DNA from: Fidelibacterota bacterium
GTDB taxonomy: Bacteria; Fidelibacterota; Marinisomatia; Marinisomatales; JABMOV01
Assembly (NCBI GenBank): GCA_046861395.1
Contig: JBHHUC010000002.1
Coordinates: 39,762-103,761 of the forward strand
Direction: 5' to 3'
DNA: 64,000 nt
Part shown: positions 19,483 to 29,264 of the stretch, piece after piece
How positions within the stretch are numbered: position 1 is the first letter of the stretch
How the letters are laid out: every line of letters begins with the position of its first letter
Notes under the pieces: model-generated
Told to the model about the DNA's origin: nothing
The model's input: only the letters and a program-made list of their open reading frames with translations
Databases searched by the model: none
Translations under genes and position numbers: made by a program

Positions 19483-19927
19483 GCTGGTCCTCCCGGATTT
19501 GAATTAACTCAATACCCGCTTCCCGGGCATGTTGATAAATCCGTTCATCGCGGTACAATTCACTATAATAGATTTTTCGAATCCCGGCATTGGCAATGAG
19601 TTTAAAACAGCTATAGCAGGGACTGGCCGTAACATAAATTTCGGAATCACCGATGCGAATCCCGTGGCGGGCGGCATGTGCAATGGCATTGGCTTCGGCA
19701 TGGACGGTCCGAACACAATGTCCGTGATCCATTTCATGACCGATATCATCACAATGGCCTTGGCCCCGGATACTGCCGTTGTATCCGGTGGAAAGGATGG
19801 TCTTTCCTCGAACAATGACGGAACCGACATGTTTACGGTCGCAAGTGGAACGGGTAGCCACTTCCTGAGCAATATTCATGAAATACCGCTCCCAGCTTAC
19901 GCGCTTTTTACCCTGTGCCATGGTCAC
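19475..19927 (-). CDS. dCMP deaminase-family (ComEB-like) zinc deaminase
   Basis: RSTC..VG, GYNG, HAEANAI, PCYSC. Confidence 0.9.
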   Translation of the reverse strand: MTMAQGKKRVSWERYFMNIAQEVATRSTCDRKHVGSVIVRGKTILSTGYNGSIRGQGHCDDIGHEMDHGHCVRTVHAEANAIAHAARHGIRIGDSEIYVTASPCYSCFKLIANAGIRKIYYSELYRDERIYQHAREAGIELIQIREDQHE

Positions 19928-20949
19928 TCAAACAATGAACTGACATCCATGATGAATAACTGCAAGGCCCGTTCTCCGGGTTTGGCCAATCGGGAGGAAG
20001 AAAACATGACCGATTTCCCGTCGGGAGATACGGCGGGGAAACCGTCAAATGCCTCGTTATAGGTGAGACGGGTCTGTTCCCCCGTTTCCAGATTCATCAG
20101 AAATAATTCAAAATTGTGCGGTGGTAATACTTTGACAAAAACAAAATGCTTGCCATCGGGATGGGGATAGGGCGCCCAGTTCGTACCGTCATCAAAAGTG
20201 ATACGTTTCAGATCCGTACCATCATGTTTAATGGTAAAGATGGACATAGGAATTCCACGCTGATCATCGTATTTCTTTTCCCAGGCCCGGTAGAGAATGG
20301 TTTCATTGTCCGGCATGTAGAATGCCCCCCCCTCCTGCCAGTCCGGCGTGTGAGTGATCTGTTGTTCATCACTGCCGTCGGGACGCATGCGCCAGAGATC
20401 GACTTCACCATTGATTTGACGGGAAAACAATATCCATTTGCCATTGGGCGACATGGAGACTTCGGCATCATAATACTGGTTGTGGGTCAGGCGAATTTCA
20501 TTACTGCCGTCATAATCGGCAATATACAACTCGGCCCCGCGGGGATAGTCGGAGGGAACGGACCATTGTCCCTTGGGCAGGTCAAGATTATCTTTCGTGG
20601 AAGTATAAATCACCCGTTTCCCGTCCGACGTGAAAAAGGAACAGGCATCCTCTCCCCTGTCATTGGTCCGGATGATTTCCGTACCGTCCAGGGTAGCCAC
20701 ATAAGTGTGATGCACCGAATCATCGGAGGCCACGCGGGCATTACAGATCAACCGCTGACCGTCGGGTGAATAATAGGCTTCGGCCGCCATGGGCAGCCCC
20801 GGCACCAGCGTGACGAGAAAAGGTTCTTCCATGGCTGGCTGGGTTGCCGTGGCACCACTGTGCCCCTCTGGTTTATTCTCCCCCATGAAATGACAGGAAA
20901 TAAGTAGCATGAATGAGACATAAGTAATGACTTTTGCGATTGACTTCAT
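19924..20949 (-). CDS. TolB-like PD40 beta-propeller lipoprotein
   Basis: Lipobox LISC; repeated SPDG/SPNG, YDAE, FDGFP, FSSSR blades. Confidence 0.85.
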   Translation of the reverse strand: MKSIAKVITYVSFMLLISCHFMGENKPEGHSGATATQPAMEEPFLVTLVPGLPMAAEAYYSPDGQRLICNARVASDDSVHHTYVATLDGTEIIRTNDRGEDACSFFTSDGKRVIYTSTKDNLDLPKGQWSVPSDYPRGAELYIADYDGSNEIRLTHNQYYDAEVSMSPNGKWILFSRQINGEVDLWRMRPDGSDEQQITHTPDWQEGGAFYMPDNETILYRAWEKKYDDQRGIPMSIFTIKHDGTDLKRITFDDGTNWAPYPHPDGKHFVFVKVLPPHNFELFLMNLETGEQTRLTYNEAFDGFPAVSPDGKSVMFSSSRLAKPGERALQLFIMDVSSLFE

Positions 20950-21026
20950 AGGACTTCCTGAAAATAATTTGTTCGTGTAATGAAGCGTAAAATTTACGGT
21001 AGATTTCCCCCTACAACGACAGGAAT

Positions 21027-22052
21027 CTATCTGAAATTCAGCATGAGCGCCAATTGACTCGTGGTACCAAACGGTCCCATGGGATGAACCGAATATTGCA
21101 CATCCACATCTCCGAAGGCTGGCAGGGACACCGCCAAACCGGCGCCCAGAGTCATGGAATCTATATCATAATTCAATCGATAGCCAGCCCGCAGGTAAAA
21201 TCGGTTCCAGATGCCGTATTCCACACCCAGATTCACGTGTTCCCGGCTGTCATTGGGGTGCTCCGCATCAACCGCGATACGAATCCGCTGCGTTTCCGAA
21301 GCCAGCACCGCATCCCCCGGCCCTATCAGATCCAGCGCCAGACCGATTCGGATCATCAGCGGCAGGGGCCATGATTCGGTCCGTAAATCCACGTCGCTTT
21401 CCACATTTCCGGCGAACTGATTATCTATATCGGACTTGGCAATCAAGTCGACTCCTTCATACCGCAATTCACCACCGAAATTGCTAAGGGCCATGCCAAT
21501 CACCAGGCCGGAGAAGCCTGTTTTTAAACGGGAACCAATATCGAGGGCGAAGGTGGACGCTTTTTCATTATAGGCAGCCGATTGGATATATTTCACCGAT
21601 ATGCCATAACTTAAACGATCACTCATGCGCCGGGCCAGGGAACCCGTTACAGCAATGTCCATAACCGAATAGGTCAACCCTGTTCCGTCCGGATTGGCTA
21701 CCGTCGTCACATCCTGCTCATTCATGGTCAGGGCCGAAATGGCAAGGCCGCCATACACCGACCGCGACAAGGGCATCTGGAGGGCAACAAAATCATGGGC
21801 TACATCCAAAAACCATTGCTGGTGATTAAACATGGTCCGGACACCAGTGCCCTGCGTCAATCCCGCCGGATTCCAGTAAACGGCGGTGGGATCGTCGGCT
21901 ATGCCCACGAAGGCCCCGCCCATGCCGTCGGCTCGTGCCCCGACGCTCAATTTTAGAAACTGGGCTGCCGTGGTCCCCACCTTGTCGAAGGATCCACCCC
22001 AGGCCATCTGAGCCGGTAACAGCAGGACAATGATAATCGTTTTCCACATCAT
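21027..22052 (-). CDS. PorV/PorQ-family outer-membrane beta-barrel
   Basis: KVGTTAAQFLKLSVGARA.GMGGAF, DPTAVYWNPAG, LRAGY. Confidence 0.88.
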   Translation of the reverse strand: MMWKTIIIVLLLPAQMAWGGSFDKVGTTAAQFLKLSVGARADGMGGAFVGIADDPTAVYWNPAGLTQGTGVRTMFNHQQWFLDVAHDFVALQMPLSRSVYGGLAISALTMNEQDVTTVANPDGTGLTYSVMDIAVTGSLARRMSDRLSYGISVKYIQSAAYNEKASTFALDIGSRLKTGFSGLVIGMALSNFGGELRYEGVDLIAKSDIDNQFAGNVESDVDLRTESWPLPLMIRIGLALDLIGPGDAVLASETQRIRIAVDAEHPNDSREHVNLGVEYGIWNRFYLRAGYRLNYDIDSMTLGAGLAVSLPAFGDVDVQYSVHPMGPFGTTSQLALMLNFR

Positions 22053-25000
22053 TTGATCACCAGGAACCGGCCGGTCGTTTCTTCTTTATCCGGGGTTTGA
22101 ATATGATAGAAATAAACCCCGGGGGCAATAAATTGATCATTCTTGGTGCGCATATCCCAAAAGGCGTAACCCCGTGTATCGTCATGATCAATGGTGGCTA
22201 TATGATCACCGGCCAGGGAATAAATCTTGATTGTACACTGATCCGGCAAATGATTGAATTGCAGTTTTTTCCCAAATTCGGTCTGTTCCCAGATATTGGT
22301 AACAATATAAGGATCGGGGACTACCCGCACATCGGCCAGGGATCCTTTCCGGTCGGATGAAATCATTCGTGCGGTAGTGCCAAAACGGTAGGAAATATCT
22401 TTCCGAAACGGTTTATAGGTAATGATGGTGAATTCATCCCCCTCCGACGGAGCATGGGCATCGATGATTTCCATTTCGCCCAGAACATTGTAAGACGTAT
22501 CCGGTTTATTATTGGTAAACAGGTATAGATAATTGGGAATGGTGTCTCCCGTTTCCGAATCGAATTCCACATGATCCAAAATGAAGAAATCCACATGCTT
22601 TTCATACCAGCCAGGACTGCCGGGAAGGTACCCCAACCCACCGGGAACCAGATCCCAGCCCAGCGGACTGTAAAAATCCTTGCGGTAATCTTCCCAGGGC
22701 GCAGCGATGGCAAATTCACCTAACCAGGCCTCCTGCGTTACATTGATGGGATTGTCCGGATCGGTGATAATTTCGATTTTCAGGGGAACAAATTGTTTCT
22801 GAGGCTGTGTAATGCCGGAAAAGGCATCAAACCAGTGAACGGAATCCCCGCCACTGTAGGTGGCCGTAATGCGCCAGTCATCAATGGTACTGATATCTTC
22901 CTGAATCAGTTGCGGTCCCATGCTGGGATCAATACTTTGCGTGCGCCAGTCAAAGGTACACATATCACCGCTCACCTTTGTCCAGCCCAAGGATTTCACG
23001 CCGTGAGGAGCATCCTGAACCGTGAGGCGGAAACCATCCACAACGGGCAGATTGTCCCCCGAATTATCCGATAGAGCGTGGAAGACAAATAAGGTATCCA
23101 TTTCGGTAGTGTCCACCAGCGTGAAACCGGTCTCATCCAGGGTATCTCCTTCCGATATGATCTGATTGGTGAACGTAATTTCATACCCATGTCCGGTAAT
23201 CTCAGCCGGATCGACAACTTCGACTTTTACGATGCCCTCGCATTGTCCCCCAATGGGACTAAGGGCACCGGACGGAATATCCGCTTCCCGGATGATATTG
23301 GATACGGCAACACCGGGCGTCACGGCCACCACATGGGGCTCCAGCGGGGCAGAACCGATGGGATACATGTAAGACTGCTCCAGGCTGTCTGGTTTTTGAT
23401 TCCCCTTGTCGTAGGGTGTAACACAATACCAGTACTCGACACCGTTGATGAGATTGGAATCCACAAAGGTATGGGACAATCCGCTATTAATTCCAAGGTA
23501 TTGTGGAAAAGCCGGGTCAAGTCCGGAAATGTCCTGGCCGAAGCGGATCATATCTTCTTCATAGGATAAATCAAAGGTTGCCAGTGGCTCGAATCCTACC
23601 GGAACACCGTGGGCATCGGTAATGATCTTCCCCCAACTAGTCCCAAAATCGGTACTGCGAAATATTTTATATCCTTCGAAGTCCCGTAACCCGGTCAGGA
23701 CATCGTGGGATATTTCTGCCGGTTCACTGGACCAATGCAAGGTTACACGACCATCACCGGGTACAGCTGATACCAGGGGCGGGTCGGGCGGACCGGAACC
23801 AAGAAAATAATTTCGGTACATCAGATTTGCCATCCGTACATTGGCCATTAAATCGGTCGTATCGGGCTGATCGGGAATCGTTCCTCCGTCCCCCATGATC
23901 AGTGCCAGAGAAAATGTAACCACCGAATCCTGGGGCAGATCGAAGGGACCGCAGGATACGATAAAGTTGATGGCATCCCCAGGCAATTCCACACCGCTTT
24001 CATCATCCAGCCAGGTGGGATAATAAGTGCTCAGAAAATCGTCACTCACATCATCAAACCGGGGATTGGTGCCATGGAAATAATAATCGGGATTGGGAAG
24101 GTCACTGCTTGTCGGATCACTGGTCATGATGGCCCAGTACTGTTCATCATTGATGGGGGAAACGCCACGGCTGAAATGATGGAAATCGGTAACGCCCAGA
24201 TTGCCCGGCGTATCATAGATGCGAACCGCTGGAATACCCAGAGGATCGCTGGTTTCGCCCCAGGTTTTATTGGGCGTATTATTCAAATCATAGATATAGA
24301 TCAGATCCTGGCGACCATCACCGTCCGAATCGACCGTCTTGATATAATCATGGTTATCATAATCCGGTCTCAGCTTGGCATATAAGCCCACATAAATGCC
24401 ATCCAGATCTTCCGGTCCGGCATTATGAATCTTCATTTCGAAGAAAATGAAATCTTCGGCGTAGGGCCGACCGTAGCTGTAGGCCGTTTGTGCCACTTCC
24501 AACCCCACGCTGCCGCGGGGATTATAATTATCATTATAGGTGCAATACACGTCCCGGTCGGACGTGAATTCATCGACCCGTTCGGGCAATAAACGGGAAT
24601 CCGGATGCTGCGCCAGGACCGAATCATCCACTGCATTGATATCCACCCGGAAAAAGCCCGGCCAGATACGCTCCTCTGTGTCCACCCAGATCCCATTCTC
24701 GTCGAAGTATCCAAAAGGCCATGTTTCGTAGAAATCACTGGAAGCCTGAAACGGTGTTTCATCGGAGGCTGAGGTAATATCTCCGGAATATTCCCGGCCG
24801 GCGATATTATCCGGTGGCAGCCAATCAATGACCCGCGTCTGGGCCTGGCTTACCGTTTCAATGACATTATTTTCTGCCACACCAACCAGTAGGCCCAGAC
24901 CAAAGGCATATTGGCGATCCTCCCGGGCGGAACGGGGCCAGTGTCCGGCATTCTGGAACCAGAGATGGAAATTGGCCAGGTCACCCAGATTGCCGGTGAA

Positions 25001-25165
25001 ATTTTGTAATTGTCCTTTATCCAGGACACCGACCGCTTTTTCATTAAAACCGGTGCTTTTGAACGACGGCATGGGTTGGGAATGACAACGAGAGCAGTCA
25101 TCCCCGGCCCAGATCAGGGACAGCAGCGATCCGGTCAGGATCAGACGAATGATTCCCCTTACCAT
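22049..25165 (-). CDS. Large secreted protein with FN3-like domain, T9SS-like C-terminal domain and N-terminal CxxCH
   Basis: Signal peptide then CSRCH; FN3-like PGDGRVTLHW..FEGYKIFRS..NGVEYWYCVTPYD; CTD VVPDPY..IKIYSLAG..WD..PGVYFYHI..RFLVIK. Confidence 0.8.
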   Translation of the reverse strand: MVRGIIRLILTGSLLSLIWAGDDCSRCHSQPMPSFKSTGFNEKAVGVLDKGQLQNFTGNLGDLANFHLWFQNAGHWPRSAREDRQYAFGLGLLVGVAENNVIETVSQAQTRVIDWLPPDNIAGREYSGDITSASDETPFQASSDFYETWPFGYFDENGIWVDTEERIWPGFFRVDINAVDDSVLAQHPDSRLLPERVDEFTSDRDVYCTYNDNYNPRGSVGLEVAQTAYSYGRPYAEDFIFFEMKIHNAGPEDLDGIYVGLYAKLRPDYDNHDYIKTVDSDGDGRQDLIYIYDLNNTPNKTWGETSDPLGIPAVRIYDTPGNLGVTDFHHFSRGVSPINDEQYWAIMTSDPTSSDLPNPDYYFHGTNPRFDDVSDDFLSTYYPTWLDDESGVELPGDAINFIVSCGPFDLPQDSVVTFSLALIMGDGGTIPDQPDTTDLMANVRMANLMYRNYFLGSGPPDPPLVSAVPGDGRVTLHWSSEPAEISHDVLTGLRDFEGYKIFRSTDFGTSWGKIITDAHGVPVGFEPLATFDLSYEEDMIRFGQDISGLDPAFPQYLGINSGLSHTFVDSNLINGVEYWYCVTPYDKGNQKPDSLEQSYMYPIGSAPLEPHVVAVTPGVAVSNIIREADIPSGALSPIGGQCEGIVKVEVVDPAEITGHGYEITFTNQIISEGDTLDETGFTLVDTTEMDTLFVFHALSDNSGDNLPVVDGFRLTVQDAPHGVKSLGWTKVSGDMCTFDWRTQSIDPSMGPQLIQEDISTIDDWRITATYSGGDSVHWFDAFSGITQPQKQFVPLKIEIITDPDNPINVTQEAWLGEFAIAAPWEDYRKDFYSPLGWDLVPGGLGYLPGSPGWYEKHVDFFILDHVEFDSETGDTIPNYLYLFTNNKPDTSYNVLGEMEIIDAHAPSEGDEFTIITYKPFRKDISYRFGTTARMISSDRKGSLADVRVVPDPYIVTNIWEQTEFGKKLQFNHLPDQCTIKIYSLAGDHIATIDHDDTRGYAFWDMRTKNDQFIAPGVYFYHIQTPDKEETTGRFLVIK

Positions 25166-27735
25166 TCCAGGAAGGCTCCCAGTTTGATTTCCCGTCCGGG
25201 ACCGACGTGAGCCGGATTATGGTTGGCATCTGGTGAGGTCCCCACCAACGATGCGCCCGGATCAAAGGGTTTCCCGGTTCGCGAATACACAAACAGGATG
25301 TTTTGATGATTGGTCAAATTGGTTATTTCCAAAAAAGATGTCAGTTGGAAGGCACCGATTGAAAATTTCCGGTTTATTCGGGCATCCAGACTGTAAGTCC
25401 AAGGTTTCCGGGCGGAATTAATGTCCACGCGAAAGGCCGGATCAACATAGGGTGTATAGGGTAACCCACTGGCTACATTGAACAGGAGATTCCCATAAAG
25501 GCGGGAACGGTTGTGAGAACTGAAATAAATGTTCACGGAAATATCGTGTCTTTGGTCAAAATCCAGGAAATATTCCTGATGCGGTACTTCTTCCTGGGTA
25601 TAGGCACTAAAATAACCGGCAATGGGATTGGAATTATTCCCCTTGGCAATGGAATAGGTGTATTTGATCGAACCGCTTACCCCCCGGAACAAACGCTGGT
25701 TAAATGAAATATCCAGACCTTTCACTGAGGAGTAGTCCGTATTGGAATATATGACATATTGCGTCGATAAATATCGCATTTGTAGGGTGGATAACAAGCC
25801 ACGAATATCCTTGGACCAAATATTAAACTCCATGACCAGCTGTGGTGACAATTCTTGCTTCAATCCCGTTTCAAAGGATATCGTCTTTTGGGGTTCCACC
25901 CGGGGATTGCCCACCAGTGGCAAGGAAGCCGTCAAATCTTTTTCAGCATTGTAATACAGGGCGTCAAAGGTTGGGGACTGGAAAAAGTGTCCGTAGGAAA
26001 AATGAAACACCGTCTTATCCGTCACCGGATAGGCAATACCGATCCGGGGGCTCCATTGGGCGGCGGGAGCCACATCATAAAGGGGAGCCGGAATAAACTC
26101 ATTGGTGACCGGATCGCGCGAGCCAAACCGGCCCACATCCCGCCACATGGACGCATTGGGATCCAGGTAATCCCAGCGCAGACCAAGATTGATGATCAGA
26201 TAATCGAATTCGATTTTATCCTGAACATAGAACGACATTTCAACCGGCGTAAAGGTCGTGTCTTCATAAAAATTTACGCCGTCGGTCCAGGGATCCTGTT
26301 CGTTGTGGATTCCCAGATCATAGCGATAGATGGAAAATCCAGCTTTGGTCAGATGTCGTGGATTAATCTGCCAGGTCAAATCACCGCGCAATTGCGTAAT
26401 GATATTCTGGCTCAAACTGTAGGTGCCGCTGGTGCCCGATGCGATGAAACTTACCGATTCCCCCGTGAGATTTCGTTCATATTGTTCTGGGAAAAAATCC
26501 TTAACACCCACGCGGGAAGATTGCCATTGTCGGGCCAGGGATACGGTGTAGAACATGGCCCGGGACAAGGAATGGTTCAGGGACAGAGAAGCCCGGTCGG
26601 AAAAACTATAAAGATGAGCATTATTGGCGGGTAGATATTTCCAAGGGTGACTGTAGCCCTGGCGTAATGTTTGAGAGGAATGAATCTGGCCCGTTAATTT
26701 GAGTTGCGGAGTCATTCGGGTTGTCACCTTGGCCAGCACATCCTGATTAATGTTTGCACCATGGGGTAAATAACTATCCCTGTTATGGTAATAATAAGTT
26801 GTGTAAAAGGTAGTATGCGGTAAAAATGTCGGTCCACCCAGACTGAAGGAAGAAGAGCCTTTACCCGGCATATGTAGAAAAGGAATGAACGGCTGATGAT
26901 CGAACTGGGACACATAATGATCCTGGTATGTTGTCAAACTATCTCCCAGATCAACCCATCGGTAGAGCGAATCCTCCACACCGGAAAATGCACCCGGAGC
27001 ATGGTATTCCGATTGGAGGGTATTATCACTGGCAATATCCAGTCGCCCGGTAAATTGTTCGCCCCCTTCCCGGGTGATAATATTGACCACTCCGGACATG
27101 GCCTGCCCGTATTCGGCATTGAAGGTCCCGCTGATGACCGTCAATTCCTGAATGGCATTCTGATTAACCGAACCGACGAAATCACCGCCCATGGGATCCC
27201 GGACCAGAATGCCGTCCACCATGTACAGCAATTCCCGTGAGCGCCCGCCGCGGACATGCAGTTCACCATTCTCATCCGTGGTAAATCCGGCCTGGGTGGC
27301 CAGAATATCCTGGACATTCTCCACCGGCATGTTAATGATTTGATCCGAATCCATGACCTGAATCGAGGAAGTGGCATCTTTCTGTATCAGAGGGCGTTCG
27401 GCCACCACTTCCACCACCTGTTCGGACTCCAGTACAGTTTGGGACAGGGTTACATCAATCCGACTGGTCAGGTCACTTTTAACAAGGATGTCATTTTGTA
27501 TCACGGTCTGATATCCGATCATGGTAAACCGCAAATTATAGTATCCCGGGGGAATATTGATGATATAATACTCTCCCCTATCATTCGTGGCGGCACCAAG
27601 GATCGTCCCTTCCACCATGACATTGGCTCCGATCAGGGGCGCACCGTCCTGGTCTGTGACGACACCGGCAATTTTTCCGTTTGCTCCGGCCCACAATTCC
27701 CCCCACAACAAAAGTATGATCCAGATCCGTTTCAT
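25159..27735 (-). CDS. TonB-dependent receptor with N-terminal carboxypeptidase-regulatory-like domain
   Basis: GKIAGVVTD..PLIGANV, HVRGGR..YMVDG, GTFNAEYGQAMSGVVNIIT, SPRIGIAYP; aromatic C-terminal residue. Confidence 0.92.
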   Translation of the reverse strand: MKRIWIILLLWGELWAGANGKIAGVVTDQDGAPLIGANVMVEGTILGAATNDRGEYYIINIPPGYYNLRFTMIGYQTVIQNDILVKSDLTSRIDVTLSQTVLESEQVVEVVAERPLIQKDATSSIQVMDSDQIINMPVENVQDILATQAGFTTDENGELHVRGGRSRELLYMVDGILVRDPMGGDFVGSVNQNAIQELTVISGTFNAEYGQAMSGVVNIITREGGEQFTGRLDIASDNTLQSEYHAPGAFSGVEDSLYRWVDLGDSLTTYQDHYVSQFDHQPFIPFLHMPGKGSSSFSLGGPTFLPHTTFYTTYYYHNRDSYLPHGANINQDVLAKVTTRMTPQLKLTGQIHSSQTLRQGYSHPWKYLPANNAHLYSFSDRASLSLNHSLSRAMFYTVSLARQWQSSRVGVKDFFPEQYERNLTGESVSFIASGTSGTYSLSQNIITQLRGDLTWQINPRHLTKAGFSIYRYDLGIHNEQDPWTDGVNFYEDTTFTPVEMSFYVQDKIEFDYLIINLGLRWDYLDPNASMWRDVGRFGSRDPVTNEFIPAPLYDVAPAAQWSPRIGIAYPVTDKTVFHFSYGHFFQSPTFDALYYNAEKDLTASLPLVGNPRVEPQKTISFETGLKQELSPQLVMEFNIWSKDIRGLLSTLQMRYLSTQYVIYSNTDYSSVKGLDISFNQRLFRGVSGSIKYTYSIAKGNNSNPIAGYFSAYTQEEVPHQEYFLDFDQRHDISVNIYFSSHNRSRLYGNLLFNVASGLPYTPYVDPAFRVDINSARKPWTYSLDARINRKFSIGAFQLTSFLEITNLTNHQNILFVYSRTGKPFDPGASLVGTSPDANHNPAHVGPGREIKLGAFLEW

Positions 27736-27742
27736 AAGCAAA

Positions 27743-27765
27743 AGGGCGCAGGTAACCTGCGCCCT
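27743..27765 (-). terminator. GC-rich hairpin with short U-tract immediately before the TonB receptor start
   Basis: AGGGCGCAGG-TTA-CCTGCGCCCT followed by TTTGCTT and ATG on the minus strand. Confidence 0.65.
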
Positions 27766-27773
27766 ATCGGCTT

Positions 27774-28811
27774 TTATTTGATAAGCATCATTTTATTATG
27801 TTGAGCAACATTTCCCTGGATAAGTTCATAAATATAGACACCGGAAGGAACTGGGCGTCCATTGATATCAGCGCCATTCCATAAGATTTGGTAGGAATCA
27901 TTGGACAGATTATCCTGGACCAGGGTGTTGATTAAGTTGCCATTGATGTCATAGATCTTCAAAGTCGTATATCCTTCCTTAAAGAGATCAAAGGCGATGG
28001 TTGTGGAGGGGTTGAAAGGGTTGGGATAATTCTGCCGCAAAAGAAATGTTTTGGGAATCATCGCTTCGTTGGAAATACCTACCGTGGATAAATCGGTGAC
28101 CACGATATTATCAAAATACCCGGCGATTCCCGAACCCATCTGGAAAGCGTACACTCCGAATTGTCCGCTACCCCGAACATCGACACCGGTATCTTCGTAA
28201 ACGGGGTCGCCCAGAGGAAGCCCGTCAAAATACAGGACGAACTGGGTAGTGGAAGAATCAACGGTGGTCACTTCAATCCGCATGGTATGCCAGGCATCGG
28301 TAGTATAGTAGCCGGTGGCATCGATGGAATGATGAAAGGTGTACTGGAAGGTACTGGAATTCAATTGATTATTGTACAACCGGAAACGATTGCTGGCGTC
28401 AAAATCCGCTACCAGTTTATAATAGAAGGTACTGGACTGTGATCCGCCATTAGTTGAATCGGCGTAAACCGCCAGTCCCGTATACGCTGAGCCGCCGGAA
28501 TTATTAACATAGCAATAGACATCGGCCTGGATGGCGTAATTGGCAAGGGTTGTATCGCCGGCTACGGCCATTGCGGCGCCGGTGTAACTGGCATCGGCGT
28601 CCATGATGCGGCCAACATAATTTCCACCGGTAGCCAGGGCGGTCGGTGCACTGCTCATGGCAACGGCTTCGATGGGTTCTTCATCGGTGAAAAAGACCTG
28701 CCATTCCGAATTTGGGGTACCACTTTCAAAATCTTCACTGAAAATGACAGTCTGACTAAAACCGAATGACAGAATCAACAGACTTAGGGTAAGGTTGAAT
28801 GCGTGTCTCAT
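27774..28811 (-). CDS. Secreted T9SS type-A sorting domain protein with a probable beta-sandwich (lectin-like) domain
   Basis: Signal peptide, FSEDFE, WHTMRIEV, GQFGVY..YFDNIVV; CTD QNYPNPFNPSTTI..SGVYIYEL..KMMLIK. Confidence 0.85.
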   Translation of the reverse strand: MRHAFNLTLSLLILSFGFSQTVIFSEDFESGTPNSEWQVFFTDEEPIEAVAMSSAPTALATGGNYVGRIMDADASYTGAAMAVAGDTTLANYAIQADVYCYVNNSGGSAYTGLAVYADSTNGGSQSSTFYYKLVADFDASNRFRLYNNQLNSSTFQYTFHHSIDATGYYTTDAWHTMRIEVTTVDSSTTQFVLYFDGLPLGDPVYEDTGVDVRGSGQFGVYAFQMGSGIAGYFDNIVVTDLSTVGISNEAMIPKTFLLRQNYPNPFNPSTTIAFDLFKEGYTTLKIYDINGNLINTLVQDNLSNDSYQILWNGADINGRPVPSGVYIYELIQGNVAQHNKMMLIK

Positions 28812-28880
28812 ATTTCCTCCTGCACTAGAGTAATGATTAGGGAATATTATGGATGAAAACTGGAAATGTTACAGGCTTTT

Positions 28881-29252
28881 TTAGCCCATTGCCATAAATG
28901 CTCCGGTGAAATAGGCGACCACCCAATACATATATACATATTTGTGATACTGGGCGTGAGTTGGCACTAAAGTTTTTTCACCCGCACGAAATGCTTTCAC
29001 CGACCAGCCGACACTGATGGCCATCGACAGAAAGGCGGAATACCCGATCAATCCATGCAGTGTAAACGGTGGATGGGTAGCCGCGATGGACATGCATACC
29101 AGGGCGGTGAGATCCAGGGCAACCGCAATCACCAGTCCGGTGATGCGGCCACGGGTCAACGTTTTTGTTTTGAGAATTTTAATGCTGAAGATGGTGAATA
29201 GTATCAGCGCTGTTGTTACGGAAATTGTTCCGGTTAAAATAAGTGGTGTCAC
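28881..29252 (-). CDS. Small 4-TM membrane protein resembling the HsmA (TIGR03987-like) heme-sequestering family
   Basis: ALILFTI, LDLTA..M, TLHGLIG, YHKY, WVVAYFTG pattern recalled for that family. Confidence 0.6.
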   Translation of the reverse strand: MTPLILTGTISVTTALILFTIFSIKILKTKTLTRGRITGLVIAVALDLTALVCMSIAATHPPFTLHGLIGYSAFLSMAISVGWSVKAFRAGEKTLVPTHAQYHKYVYMYWVVAYFTGAFMAMG

Positions 29253-29264
29253 TGGTTTCTTCCT

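Noticed and set aside
19483..21026. preQ1 riboswitch for the YhhQ gene
   Set aside because: yhhQ overlaps the upstream gene and I see no preQ1-like stem with A-rich tail in the operon leader
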